A stretch of DNA of 64,000 nucleotides, taken from contig OZ024742.1 in assembly GCA_964016885.1 (NCBI GenBank), forward strand, positions 156,116,001 through 156,180,000, written 5' to 3'. The stretch is from Eledone cirrhosa (Eukaryota). This document shows, in pieces, positions 29,194-46,300 of this stretch. The notes under the pieces were generated by a model that worked only from the letters and a program-made list of their open reading frames with translations, was not told where the DNA came from and searched no databases. A program made the position numbers and the translations under genes. Numbering within the stretch: position 1 is the stretch's first letter; each line of letters starts with the position of its first letter.

Positions 29194-29292
29194 AATATTA
29201 TATTAATAACTCTGGAAAATATTTTCGGTAGAGTGCTTCCAATCTACTCTAAAACTAATTATTTGATGTACTCATTGAATCTTGTTTAACTC

Positions 29293-29358
<66 letters not shown>

Positions 29359-29406
29359 TATGAAAATAAAACAAAGAAGCCTTCAATAAATCAAAAGTCT
29401 TTATTA

Positions 29407-29444
29407 GCCAACAATGTTTCGTCCTATTAAGGACTCATCAGGGC
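29407..29444 (-). ncRNA. Hammerhead family F
   Basis: GCC-CTGATGA-GTCCT taat AGGAC-GAAA-CATTG-TT-GGC; canonical stem II. Confidence 0.8.
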
Positions 29445-30686
29445 AATTAAAACTACAAGAAGCACTATCGGCCAATACAAGCCGAAAACTCAGAAGAATA
29501 TGGAGTGTACATACACTAAAGTATTGGAAGATTATGGGTAAAAATATATAATAAAAATCACTAAGGAGGTGGATAACATTTTGAACCATATTACAAATAT
29601 AGTCCAAAGCAAAAAACTAGAGCTAAACAAAAGTGGTTATATAGAGCGGGAATTATAGTACTATATGTAATACAATATAATATAATATACTTGTAACAAT
29701 ATTAAAATTAAAATTAAAATTAAAAGGCACAATATACATATGTATATATATACACACACGTACGCACATATACATATACATCAATACACATTTCCATCAT
29801 TAACAGCACAAATTAAACCTTATTAAACCTTATTAAGAGTTATAATATAAATAAGCATAATAGGAATAAAAATAAAAATAATACGTATATATAATATACA
29901 GTATAACATGAAGTAATGAAATGATTAAAAGTAAAATATATAATATGTATTAAACTATATAATTATATAATATATAATATAATATAATAGATAATCACCG
30001 GTTAATTTACACAAACAATATAGATGTCACAATAACACTATAATAATAATATAATAATATATAATAGCATGTAAGTTAACAAATCAATTCATATAGAGTT
30101 ACAGAGCAGGTGAGAAAAAAATATATATTGTACAATACCAAAATTATGATGGTACAAAAATATAAACATCTTACAGAATATATAAAATTTAACATATCAT
30201 AATGGTACATAAAATCATCGGTAAGTAATAAAGATCAATAGTACATTTACAAAGAGTTGAATAACAACTTCAATATAAAATAATGAACATACTATAATAT
30301 ATAATTACCTATAATTAAAAGGTTGGTAAACAGACACATATGGGAATGAGTGAATAAGGGCCAGACAGAAAATAATATGCACAGTACTATTAATAAATAA
30401 ATAAATAAAATCGACCGGAAATCAAAAAATAAAAACAAAAGTATTTACTTAGGTCTCACATGCAGTTAAGTAAAAACTTAGGAAACAACCCGGATAAATG
30501 ACTAGAAAACCCTATTTGATAAATTAATATTGAAAATATTTAAAATACTTAATAAGGCAATACAATATTAACTATGGTTTAAGTAATCAAAATCCCTATA
30601 TTTATATATATATATATATATATAGGAACCAGTAAGACCCCGACAGCTGAGCTCAAGCCGTTTCGACATATTTATATATATATACA

Positions 30687-30761
<75 letters not shown>

Positions 30762-30765
<4 letters not shown>

Positions 30766-31378
30766 AATTAGCGTATCTACCAACATATATATACAGATGA
30801 ATACCTATGCTAGCAAATATATAGGTTTTGTCTTAGTAACTGTGTGGTTCAATGCAAGGGGATGCAAGACAATTATATGAAAGACGTAAAATAGGAAAAT
30901 TATAAAAATGAACTTACTAAAATTTCACTCAAACTAATTAGTTTCTGGAAGGGAATAAACATGGTTTCCGAATGGACACATGGAGAATGCCTTTCTTCAT
31001 CAGGAAGTCAATTCTCAGCTAAGTTCCCAGGCGATGCGTGGACACAGGGAACTTATACAAAAATAATTCAGTGGATGGAAAAAAGCGTGCGTGGACTAAA
31101 TTCCAAGACATTGAAAAAATCACTGCCTACTTGGTCGGTGGCAAATTCAAAAGAATCAATCACGTGACATCGAGGGTAATCAGTGAGGAGTGGAGTGTTA
31201 AGGAGCCAGTAGCCGAACTATTCCTATGAACTATAGAAGCAGTTTTGGCAAATTTTTGCTCAACAAAATAATTTGATGATAATTATAAAGAATTAGTATA
31301 TCTACAAACATATATATACAGATGCATACCTATGCTAACAAATATATAGGTTTTGTCTTAGTAACTTTGAGGTTCAAG
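30762..31378 (-). repeat. Partial tandem (~526-bp period, ~1.2 units); diverged relative of family G
   Basis: 30762-30850 is repeated at 31288-31378; collinear with the unit at 37948-39729. Confidence 0.8.
30928..31007 (-). ncRNA. Hammerhead family G, diverged variant
   Basis: CTTC-CTGATGA-aGAAAGG..CCTTCCa-GAAA-CTAATTAG-TT-TGAG. Confidence 0.68.
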
Positions 31379-31779
31379 GTTTGGTGGAAAAATATGATAG
31401 GAATATCGACAACGACTTTAGCTTGTTTTTACATTCTTTATTAACCAAGGTTAAGAAGTGAATTAGGCTGGCATGCCAAGAGAAATGAAACAAATCAATT
31501 AAGATTACAAGAGAAAATACGGGCGACTGGCTGAAGGCGTTTGGCCAGGCTCGTAGGTAATGTTTTGTCGTTACATATTGTTTGTGCTTACGGAGAAAAA
31601 GAACAAGCGTGTTTTGCCTTAGCATGGTCCAGCTGCGAGTCATAGCGTCCTCAAATCTTTGCGGGCTATTTTTCCCTCAGAACGCGTCGGGATACATCCT
31701 CTTCTACTGGCGCTGATTGGCTGAGCTGAGCCAAATCACGCACAGAGAATGTATATGAGCCCGCGGAATGTAGGTCATT

Positions 31780-33368
<1,589 letters not shown>

Positions 33369-34625
33369 TATCTTGACTTTGCGAAGGCCTTTGACAAGGT
33401 CGACCACGGAATGATATGTCACATACTACACGGACTCGGCATAACTGGAAAAGTAGGTGTGTGGCTGCATGGCTTCCTAAGGGACAGAAGCCAGGCAGTC
33501 GCAGCATATGGGGCCCTCTCGAGGAAGACACCGATAACAAGTGGGGTGCCCCAGGGGACAGTCCTGGGACCACTACTGTTTTTGGTGGCTCTCTCGGACA
33601 TGCCCTCTCTGGTGCATGCAACAACAACCCTCACTAGCTATGCTGATGACACTAAGGTAGCACAGGCAATCAAAAACCCGGCTGACGCTGCCCTTTTACA
33701 GCAGGATCTGGATGCCATATACAGATGGGCGGAAGAAAACAACATGCAGTTTACTGCTGGCAAATTCCAAGCCCTACAATACAAACCTGCAAACACACAT
33801 ATAGTGGAACACAGCTACACAGGACCAGGAGGGACCGATATCCCCGTGTCAAAATCGATACGAGACCTGGGCATAGACATGAGCGATGATGCATCTTTTT
33901 CTTCACACATCATGAAAGTGGCGACAACATGCAGACGAATCGCTGGCTGGATCTTGAGGACGTTCCGGACAAGAGATCGAGACACCATGTTGACACTGTG
34001 GAGGACTTTTGTCCTAAGCCGCCTGGACTACTGCTCCCAATTGTGGTCACCCCATAGTGTCAAACTAACCACGGAGCTTGAGGCAATCCAGCTAAGCTAC
34101 ACCAAGAGGATTGCCAAGATGAGGGAGACAAGCTACTGGGAGAGGCTAAAGGAACTGAACATCTACTCCTTGGAGCGAAGACGGGAGAGATACGCAGTCA
34201 TCTACATGTGGAAAATCCTGGAGGGACTAGCGCCAAACTTTGGCATTGGAAACTGGACCAACCGTCGAACAGGACGTCACTGTGTGGTGCCAAAGGTCCC
34301 GTCTTCCACATCTAGAATAAGGAGCAGGTATTGCAATAGCCTGGGATTCAAGGGCCCTCAACTCTTCAACAGGCTGCCGAGGCATCTGCGAGACTTGCAT
34401 GACGTGGAGGTGGATGTCTTTAAGAAACATCTCGACACCTTGTTATCCAGGATCCCGGATGAGCCCACAGCAAGACACGAGGGAAACCTAAGGGCAGCAG
34501 CAACAAACTCCTTCCTGCACCAGTGGCCAACCTATACAGGCTGGATATATAATGTGTAGCAACAAGGGCGGTGCCCCAGCATGGCCTCAGCAGGATGGCT
34601 GAAACAGGTAAAAGAGTAAAAGAGT
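33369..34625 (+). mobile_element. 5'-truncated CR1-group LINE (RT frame open 33369-34559) with (GTAAAAGA)n tail
   Basis: [53 protein letters not shown]; embedded in (TA)n. Confidence 0.9.
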
Positions 34626-34674
34626 ATATATATATACATATATATATATATACATATATATACATATATATACA

Positions 34675-34734
<60 letters not shown>

Positions 34735-35189
34735 AATATATATACATATATATACATAAATATATATACATATATATATACATATATATACATAAATATA
34801 TATACATATATATATATATACATATACATATATATATATATACATATATATATATACATATACACATATATATATATACATATATACATATATATATATA
34901 TACATATACATATATATATATATACATATATACATATATATATATATATACATATATACATATATATATATACATATACATATATATATATATACATATA
35001 CATATATATATATACATATATATATATACATATACATATATACATATACATATATATATATACATATACATATATACATATATATATATACATATACATA
35101 TATATACATATATACATATACATACATACATATATATATATACATATATATATACATACATATATATATATACATATATATATACATAC

Positions 35190-35221
<32 letters not shown>

Positions 35222-35281
35222 ATACATATATATATACATATATATATATACATATATACATATATATATATACATATATAC

Positions 35282-35328
<47 letters not shown>

Positions 35329-35592
35329 CATATATATATATAATATATACAAACATATATACATATACACATATATATATACATATACACATATATATAT
35401 ACATATACACATATATATATACATATACACATATATATATACATATACACATATATATATACATATACACATATATATATACATATATATATACATATAA
35501 ATATATATATACATATACACATATATATACATATATATATATACATATATATATACATATATATATACACATATATATATACATATATATAC

Positions 35593-35623
<31 letters not shown>

Positions 35624-35638
35624 CATATTTATATATAC

Positions 35639-35715
<77 letters not shown>

Positions 35716-35790
35716 CACATATATATATATACATATATATATATACATATATATATATACATATATATATACATATATATATATACATAC

Positions 35791-35821
<31 letters not shown>

Positions 35822-35826
35822 CATAC
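34626..35826. repeat. Degenerate (TA)n microsatellite
   Basis: Direct reading. Confidence 0.95.
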
Positions 35827-35827
35827 A

Positions 35828-36779
35828 ATTAAAGTATATGATAAACACGAAATGTGTTTACATTGCAACAGACAAAGTTAGCCATTAATGAAATAAACTA
35901 ATAAAAGTGAATACAATTTGTCTGTCTCGATACAAGTCAATAAAGACAAGCTTATATTGGCAACTGCCATGAATCCTGGACATATTTAAATTTCAAAATT
36001 CAAACGTGTTCTGTAGACGAATTTGAACCTCGAAACCCAAATAAGTTTCGCAATGGTGGAATGTGAATTGAAAATTAAAGAGAATCGAAATGGAATAGAA
36101 ATAAAAGAGTGAATTATCCAAATCATCTGTGCATATCAACAGGAATCCAGTAAGATTAGACTATCTCACATCAAAAATTTTGCAGGACTGACTACACGTG
36201 CGTAGGTAGGCCAAAACTAGCTATCCCACGTTCACGGTGCTAGAAATAACAGCCGCTTATGCAGGATTAAGGATCAGTTCTTACAATAAAGGAGCTATAC
36301 ATTATATTATATTTTGAGAATAAACTCTCAGTCGTTTACAATAATTAAGCTCCAGGAAGGGGCTCTTCCGAGCAGTTAAATACATTTAAAGTATATGATA
36401 AACACGAAATGCGTTTTCATTGCAACAGACAAAGTTAGCCATTAATGAAATAAACTAATAAAAGTGAATACAATTTGTCTGTCTCGATACAAGTCAATAA
36501 AGACAAGCTTATATTGGCAACTGCCATGATTCGTGGACATATTTAAATTTCAAAATTCAAACGTGTTCTCTAGACGAATTTGAACCTCGAAACTCAAATA
36601 AGTTTCGCAATGGTGGAATGTGAATTGAAAAATAAAGAGAATCGAAATGGAATAGAAATAAAAGAGTGAAATATTCAAATCATCTGTGCATATCAACAGG
36701 AATCCAGTAAGATTAGTCTATCTCACATCAAAAATTTTGCAGGACTGACTACACGTGGGTAGGCAGGCCAAAACTAGAT
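35828..36779. repeat. Partial tandem non-coding repeat (~557-bp period, ~1.7 units) between TA tracts
   Basis: TTAAAGTATATGATAAACACGAAATG at ~35829 and ~36386; both copies run to GGCCAAAACTAG. Confidence 0.88.
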
Positions 36780-36953
36780 ATATATATATATATACATATA
36801 CATACACATATATATATAAATATATATATATACACATATATATATATACAGATACAAACACATATATATATACATATACATACACATATATATATACATA
36901 TACGTACACATATATATATACATATACATACAGATACATATATACATATACAT

Positions 36954-37002
<49 letters not shown>

Positions 37003-37263
37003 CATACACATACATATATACATACACATACATATATATATATATATAAATACACATACATATATATATATACATACACATACATATATATATAAATACA
37101 CATACATATATATATATATATACATACACATACATATATATACATATACATACACATATATATACATATACATACACATATATATACATACATATATATA
37201 TACATATATATATATACATACATATACATATATATATATACATATACATATATATATATATAC

Positions 37264-37296
<33 letters not shown>

Positions 37297-37421
37297 CATA
37301 TATATATATACATATATATACATACATATACATATATATATATACATATATATACATACATATACCTATATATATATACATATATATACATACATATACA
37401 TATACATATATATATATGTAC

Positions 37422-37453
<32 letters not shown>

Positions 37454-38009
37454 ATATACATATATATATACATATATAAAAATACATATACATATACATA
37501 TATATATACATATATATATATATATACATATACACATATATATATATATATACATATACATATACATATATATATATATACATATATATACATGCATATA
37601 CATATACATATATATACATGCATATACATATACATATACATATATATATATATATACATATACATATACATATATATATACATATACATACACATATATA
37701 TATACATATATATATATATACATATATATATACACATACATATATACATATATATATATATACATATACATATACATATATACATATATATATATATATA
37801 CATATATATATACATATACATATATATACATATATAGATATACATATATATACATACATATACATATACATATATATGTATATACATATACATATACATA
37901 TATATACATATATATATATACATATATATATATACATACATATATATAAAAGATGTAAAACAAGAAAATTAAAAAAAAATTTTTTAAAATTAACTTACTA
38001 AAATTTTCA

Positions 38010-38088
38010 CTCCAACTAATTAGTTTCTGCAATGGGATAAAGACAGTTACGTAATAAACTGTTGAGAACTCATTGCGTCATCAGGGAG
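38010..38088 (-). ncRNA. Hammerhead family G
   Basis: CTCC-CTGATGA-cGCAATG..ACAGTT..AACTGT..CATTGCa-GAAA-CTAATTAG-TT-GGAG. Confidence 0.82.
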
Positions 38089-38554
38089 GTCTATTCTCAG
38101 CTAAGTCTCCAGGCAATGCGCGGACACTGGGGACTCATATAAAAATAATAATAATTCGGTAAATGGAACAGCTAGCGGGGACTGGATTCCGTGTACTGAA
38201 AATCTCGCTGTCACTGGTCAAATGGCAGATTCTAAAGAATCAATCTCGTGACACTGAGGCTAGTCGGTAGGAGTGGGATGGTAAGATGACAGAAGCCTAC
38301 TAACACACCAAAAAATTAGTAGTGGTTTTGGCAGGTTTGCTCGACAAATAAGTGATTTGGAGATAAATATAGAGAATTTAGTATATCTACTAACATATGC
38401 GTACAGATGTACGCTAATGCCAGCAAATACACAGGTTATGTCATAGTACCTAGGTGGTTCAATGCAGGAGGATGCAGAACAATAATATAAAAGACGTAAA
38501 ATAAGAAAATTTAAAAAAAAATTTAAAAAATTAACTTACTTACTAAAATTTTCA

Positions 38555-38633
38555 CTCCAACTAATTAGTTTCTGCAATGGGATAAAGACAGTTACGTAAT
38601 AAACTGTTGATAACTCATTGCGTCATCAGGGAG
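38555..38633 (-). ncRNA. Hammerhead family G
   Basis: As 38010-38088. Confidence 0.82.
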
Positions 38634-38921
38634 GTCTATTCTCAGCTAAGTCTCCAGGCAATGCGCGGACTCGGGACTCATATAAACATAATAATAATTC
38701 GGTAAATGGAACAGCTAGCGGGGGACTGGATTCCATGTACTGAAAAGCTCGCTGTCACTGGTCAAATGGCAGATTCTAAAGAATCAATCTCGTGACACTG
38801 ATGCTAGTCGATAGGAGTGGTATGGTAAGATGACAGAAGGTTTCCATTTACCGAATTATTATTATTTTTATATGAGTCCCCAGTGTCCGCGCATTGCCTG
38901 GAGACTTAGCTGAGAATAGAC

Positions 38922-39000
38922 CTCCCTGATGACGCAATGAATTCTCAACAGTTTATTACGTAACTGTCTTTATCCCATTGCAGAAACTAATTAGTTTGAG
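38922..39000 (+). ncRNA. Hammerhead family G (one stem I mismatch)
   Basis: Ends TT-TGAG. Confidence 0.72.
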
Positions 39001-39464
39001 TGAACATTTTAGTAAGTAAGTTAATTTTTTTAAATTTTTTAAAAATTTTCTTATTTTACGTCTTTTATATTATTGTTCTGCATCCTCCTGCATTGAACCA
39101 CCTAGGTAGTATGACATAACCTGTGTATTTGCTGGCATTAGCGTACATCTGTACGCATATGTTAGTAGATATACTAAATTCTCTATATTTATCTCCAAAT
39201 CACTTATTTGTCGAGCAAACCTGCCAAAACCACTACTAATTTGTTGGTGTGTTAGTAGGCTTCAGTCATCTTACCATCCCACTCCTACCGACTAGCCTCA
39301 GTGTCACGTCATTGATTCTTCAGAATCTGCCATTTGACCAGTGACAGCGAGATTTTCAGTACATGGAATCCAGTCCCCGCTAGCTGTTCCATTTACCGAA
39401 TTATTATTATTTTTATATGAGTCCCGTGTCCGCGCATTGCCTGGAGACTTAGCTGAGAATAGAC

Positions 39465-39543
39465 CTCCCTGATGACGCAATGAGTTATCAACAGTTTATT
39501 ACGTAACTGTCTTTATCCCATTGCAGAAACTAATTAGTTGGAG
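39465..39543 (+). ncRNA. Hammerhead family G
   Basis: Intact motif on the plus strand. Confidence 0.82.
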
Positions 39544-39728
39544 TGAAAATTTTAGTAAGTAAGTTAATTTTTTAAAATATTTTTTAAAATGTTCTTATTT
39601 TACGTCTTTTATATTATTGTTCTGCATCCTCCTGCATTGAACCACCTAGGTACTATGACATAACCTGTGTATTTGCTGGCATTAGCGTACATCTGTACGC
39701 ATATGTTAGTAGATATACTAAATTCTCT

Positions 39729-39785
<57 letters not shown>

Positions 39786-40004
39786 CATATATATATATAC
39801 ATACATATATATATATACATATATATACATATATACATATATATATATACATATATACATATATACATATATACATATATACATATACATATACATATAT
39901 ACATATACATATATATATATATACATATACATATATATACGTATACTTATATATACATTTATATATATATATATATACATATACATATACATATATATAT
40001 ATAC

Positions 40005-40035
<31 letters not shown>

Positions 40036-40244
40036 CATATACATATACATATATACATATACATATATATATATACATATACATATATATATATACATAT
40101 ACATATATATATATACATATATATATACATATACATATATATATATGTACATATATATATACATACATATATATATATACATATACATATATATATATAT
40201 ACATATACATATATATATATATACATATACATATATATATATAC

Positions 40245-40276
<32 letters not shown>

Positions 40277-40304
40277 ATACACATATATATATATATACAT
40301 ATAC

Positions 40305-40368
<64 letters not shown>

Positions 40369-40466
40369 GCATATACATATATATATATATATATACATAT
40401 ATACATATATACATATATATATACATATATACATATATACATATATATATACATATATATATATAC

Positions 40467-40497
<31 letters not shown>

Positions 40498-40673
40498 CAT
40501 ATATGCATACATACATATATACATACATATATATATATACATATATACATACATATATATATATATACATATACACATATATATATACATATACATGTAT
40601 ATATATACATATACACATATATATATACATATATATATATATACATATACACATATATATATACATATACACA

Positions 40674-40705
<32 letters not shown>

Positions 40706-41256
40706 GATATATCTACCAACAATTTATGGTAGTGTCCAATCCGTATGAAGAAGTCAATGTAATCCGGATATCACGAAAAGAGAAGATGCATTCAAAATCT
40801 ATTTTCGGTGAAAATTAACGGAAAACAGAGTCAATATAAATTAATAAAGTAATCAATAAACGAAGAAACAGTTCCTTATATTAAAAAAAATTCATCATTC
40901 TACGATCGTTTCTAGGACAAATATGTGTTAGTGTTGGTATGCATATTCTATAGATCTATGTAAAAAATGTATACAAACTATAAGAGGGAATATACATACC
41001 TACACATATATATGCTGTCTTCAGAAATAATGATATTTGTTTATTGAAAAAAACAAAGATTTAATACAATAGGTCTGTTTGGGAACAGGTTTTGAATTGA
41101 CCAATAGGAAGATAGTGAAGGACAAGATAGTAATATATTAGTAAAATAACCTTACTTTATGGGTAGAGGAAGGTAGATTTCAGTTTTGTATGGAAAAGAA
41201 TATTATGAATGAAAGATTATTTTAGGGATGGAAATAGGTCGTATGCTGACCTACAG

Positions 41257-41902
41257 GCAGGCTTTAATATTATAATTAGTATATTTCATTCTAGGTAACT
41301 AAATTTATTTTGCAATATAAATGCAGATATGTTGGTATTTGTGTTTCATCATATATATTAATTAATATTTAAATGTTTTACACGGCTCAGAAATATTTCT
41401 TTCTTTGAGCTATTTTCATTGTAAAAGAACTCATTACACTTAATAAAATTGCTCCTTAGGTTGAGCTGATAGTAGCCGCATATATACGGCTGTTATTTCT
41501 GGTAGTACGGGTATGAGGCTGGCTAGAAACTGTAAACCATGTGCGTTAAACAGTCTTTTAAAATATTAAGAAGTGAAGCATATCAATTTGTTCGGGATGT
41601 TTACTGAAGAGTGCTGGACAAGATATTCTTACACTTATTTATCTCGAAACATATTTGGATTTTAAAGTTTAAACTTATCTACAGAACAGGTTTGATTTTG
41701 AAATTTAAAGGTGTCTAAACATCACGGCCATTTGGCAATACTGTTTGTCTTTGTTGATTTATTATTTTAATTCGATAAAGGCAGGCTGTAATATTATAAT
41801 TAGTATATTTCATTCTAGCTAACTAAATTTCTTTTGCAATATAAATGCAGATATGTTGGTATTTATGTTTCATCATATATATTAATTTATATTTAAATGC
41901 TT

Positions 41903-41905
<3 letters not shown>
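41257..41905. repeat. Partial tandem (~524-bp period, ~1.2 units)
   Basis: 41257-41382 is repeated at 41781-41905. Confidence 0.8.
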
Positions 41906-41958
<53 letters not shown>

Positions 41959-41965
41959 CATATAT

Positions 41966-42020
<55 letters not shown>

Positions 42021-42021
42021 C

Positions 42022-42122
<101 letters not shown>

Positions 42123-42207
42123 CATACATATATATATATGCATACATATATATATATGCATACATATATATACATATACATACATATATATATACATATA
42201 TATATAC

Positions 42208-42240
<33 letters not shown>

Positions 42241-42269
42241 CATACATATATATATACATATATATATAC

Positions 42270-42302
<33 letters not shown>

Positions 42303-42307
42303 CATAC

Positions 42308-42383
<76 letters not shown>

Positions 42384-42423
42384 ACATATATATATATATA
42401 CATACATATATATATATATATAC

Positions 42424-42457
<34 letters not shown>

Positions 42458-42754
42458 ACATACATATATATATACATACATATATATATATACATACATA
42501 CATATATATACATATATATATATATACATACATACATATATATATATATTTCGTTTCTGAATTTGTTTAGCAAGATTCTTTATCTGAAATCGTGTGTTGA
42601 AACCGATATTGTTATACTTTGGGAGGGTCATGTTGCTAATAAGAAACACACGCACCAGCTGCACTCACTTCAATTTATTATATATTATAAATTTACAAAT
42701 TTATAAATTTCTGGTTGGTTGGTTGGTTCCACAACCAGATAGTTGTTTATATAT

Positions 42755-42799
42755 AGTCGTAGTTCTTTCGTTACACACTATGTGACCTCTTCAGTGACT
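42755..42799 (-). ncRNA. Hammerhead family D (stem mismatches)
   Basis: Core CTGAAGA..GAAA-GAAC-TA intact. Confidence 0.6.
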
Positions 42800-42937
42800 G
42801 GGGATTCCTTTCTTTGTTTCTGTGCCACTCCTTTGTTCTGTCCTAGGGCCATTTTGTTTCTGTGTGTGTGTTCAACAGAAACAAAATGGCGTAGGACAGA
42901 ACAAAGGAGAGGCACAGAAACAAAGAAAGGTATCCTC

Positions 42938-42982
42938 AGTCACTGAAGAGGTCACAGAGTGTGTGACGAAAGAACTATGACT
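42938..42982 (+). ncRNA. Hammerhead family D
   Basis: AGTCA-CTGAAGA-gGTCAC..GTGAC-GAAA-GAAC-TA-TGACT. Confidence 0.78.
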
Positions 42983-43169
42983 ATATATAAACCACTATCT
43001 GGTTGTGGAACCAACCAACCAGAAATTTATAAATTTGTAAATTTATAATATATAATAAATTGAAGTGAGAGCAACTGGTGCGTGTGTTTCTTATTAGCAA
43101 CATGACCCTCCCAAAGTATAACAATATATATATATACATATATATATATACATACATATGTACATACAT

Positions 43170-43225
43170 GATGATGGCTGCGCCCTCGTTATCGAGTATA
43201 GCCATTGCACGAGAAGAAAAAAAAA

Positions 43226-43258
<33 letters not shown>

Positions 43259-43342
43259 AAAAAAAAAAAGAAATATATATATATATATATATGCAAAAGT
43301 TTTATTTAAAATGTTGGGTTACAACGAGTAAATATTTTATAA

Positions 43343-43379
<37 letters not shown>

Positions 43380-46300
43380 CATACATATATACATACACAC
43401 ACACATACATACACATACAAACACACATACACACACACAAACGTTAATAACAATAATAATAATAATAATAGCAATAATAATAATAACGACAACAACAATA
43501 ATAATATACATGTTCATATATATATACACACACACACGCACGCACATAAGCATATCTACACACACACACACACACACACGATAGCAACTAACAGTGCTGC
43601 GATCGAATGTGGCTTTTTAGCCCAGCCAATGATCTAAAGTGTCTTGCACAGAATCGGCAACCAAAACATTCACTGGGAATAGTCGGCTGTGGTGGGGGTT
43701 CGTGTTCTTTTGCATGTCGCTTGAGCCCTCCTGCTGATTTACATTCTCTACCACATGTTTGGCAAGCATGATGAGTAGCATCTCCAACAGCAGCCTGGTA
43801 GTCAACCACTGGTCTTACTTTATGACTGCGAAGATGACTTTCGTGTCCAGCTTTGCTTAGGCAGAGTCTCGCACAGACACTGCATGTCAGCACCATAGGA
43901 GGACCTTCGCCGTCTGGAAGTGCAACAGCAATGCCCTTCCTCACATCCCGCTTTACTTTCTCGTGTGCGATTCGAGATGCCTCAAAGGCAAGTTTTCCCT
44001 CATATACAGTCTTTCTCCATTTATTACGATCAGCAGCAACATTTTCCCATGTATCAGCAGAGATGTTAGCGTCTTTCAGAGAGGCTTTCAAGGAATCCTT
44101 ATACCTCCTTTTTGGTTTATGTGGCGGTCGTTTTCCTTTAACCAACTCTCCATAGAAGAGTTGTTTTGGTATTCTAGAATCCTTCATCCTGGCAAGGTGA
44201 CCACTCCAACGGAGTCGTTGCTTAAACACAAGAGCTTCTATACTGTCACACATAGATCTTTCCAAAATTTCGACATCACTGATGTGGTCCCTCCAGTGAA
44301 CGCCATGGATCCGTCTGAGACAAATCTGATGGAAACGCTCCAATTGCTTAAGGTGGTGTCGATATGTGACCCAGGTCTCGCAGGCATAAAGAAGACAAGA
44401 GAGTACACATGCCCTGTACACCTTTACCTTTGTCCTCCTGCATATGTCTCACCGACCCCAGAGTCGCCTTTCTAGCTTTCCGAAAGCATCACTTGCTTTC
44501 CTAATCCTAAATGATATTTCACTGTCAAGGTTGCCGTATCGATTGACAGTGCTTCCCAGGTAGACAAACTGATCAACCACTCCAAGTCGTTTGCTATACA
44601 CATAGATGTTTGGTTCAGTGTAGTGCTTACTAGGGGCAGGTTGGTACATGACGACGGTTTTCTTGACACTGACAGTCAAACCCAGGGCAGTGCAAGCGTC
44701 AGAAAATGCATTCAAAATGTGCTGCATATCACTCTCTGTGTGCGCTACAAGATCGCAATCATCTGCATACAAGAGGTCTCTTATGATTGATGTAAATACT
44801 TTTGTCTTCGCAGCAAAGCGCCTGATGTTAAATATGCTGCCTGAGGTTCGATATCGGATGTAAACACCATGCTCGCAATTCCTGAATGCAATACAGAAAA
44901 CCATTTGCAAAGTATATGGCAAACAGGGTCGGTGCTGGAATATCCCCCTGTTTCACTCCATTTTTTACTTAGATAGGCTCCGACATGTTACCACCGACAT
45001 TAACACAAGCCTTCACGTCGTCATGGAAAGACCTAACTAAAGCAAGGAACTTATCAGGGCAACCAAGTTTCTGGAGAACCTTCCATAATGCATCTCTGTT
45101 GACAGTATCGAAAGCCTTTGTCAGATCGACAAAAACCTGATACAGATCCAAGCCTTGTTCAATACACTTCTCCTGGAGCTTTCTAGCTGAGAAGATCATA
45201 TCAGTAGTGCCGCGTCCAGCACGAAAACCAGATTGACTTTCAGGAAGAACACAATCTGCAATGTGTGTTAGCAGACGGTCCAGAAGCACCCTACATAAAA
45301 CTTTCCCTACGACAGAAAGCAATGATGTACCTCTGTAGTTCCCACAATCATTCATGTTACCCTTTCCCTTGTACAAGACCACCATTACTGCATCTCTCCA
45401 GTCCTCAGGCACGGATTCATTAGCCCATATCCTTCCAAACAAAGAGTGCAGATGTTGCAGGAGTCTCTCACCACCATATTGTAGGAGCTCAGCATGTATG
45501 CCATCCATACCTGGATATCTTCCACTGTTCAGCTTTGAAATAGCCACTGCAACCTCCACAAGCGTCGGAGGTTCTGCGAGAGCTACTTTCACAGGACTTT
45601 CTGGAATGAGATTGAGGAAATCTTCACTGACGACAGACGGCTGATTCAAAAGATCATCAAAGTGCTCTCGCCACCTTCGTAGAATTCCCTGTGAGTCACG
45701 AAGAAGTGCTTTGCCATCCCTGCTGCGAAGCGGTGTCACCAGAGAAGAAGACGGTCCATAAACCTCACGCAAGAGACTGTACAACAGCTTTGTGTTATTG
45801 GAATCAGACGCAGTTTGTATCTCACCAGCCTTCTCACTCCACCACTGATCCTTCATCTGAGAAAGACTCCGCCTAACACGTGATTTTACATCCCTGAGCT
45901 CCTCATGCAACGTATTACTCTCCTGTGGTTTTGCCGTCAAGTAGCGTGACAGAGCACGCCTCTTATCAGCCAACAAGTCTTCTATATGTACATCATTCTC
46001 ATTAAACCAGTCCTGATGTTTTCTCTGCACCAATCCCAGAACACGCCTGCCCACATCATAAACCGACTTTTTAAGGGTCGGCCAATCCTCACCAAGATCT
46101 GCAGCCTGCATCTCTTCTTCCAATGTCCTCTTCACATTTTTATCCTTAAGACGAGCAGCATTCAATCTTTTGAGCAGGGTAACACCAGGAGCCCGGATTT
46201 TAAGTTTGGTGATTAGTTTCACTTTTGCGCGTACCAGGCGGTGGTCCGTCCAGCACTCAGCTCCACGAAGAACACGAACACACTGCACATCCTGTCTGTC

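Larger units (their letters stand above)
37948..39729. repeat. Family G: two ~1.6-mer tandem blocks (~545-bp unit) in inverted orientation; retrozyme/pLTR-like
   Basis: Direct repeat at 37948-38838, inverted block at 38839-39729; one hammerhead per unit. Confidence 0.9.
42549..43125. mobile_element. Third, shortest fold-back of PLE family D
   Basis: Same arms and left tail as 11581-12526; centre ~42870. Confidence 0.88.

Noticed and set aside
41598-41668. CTGAAGA..GAAACATATTTG within the 524-bp partial tandem
   Set aside because: Possibly a decayed hammerhead, but stem I and the cleavage triplet are unconvincing; not counted
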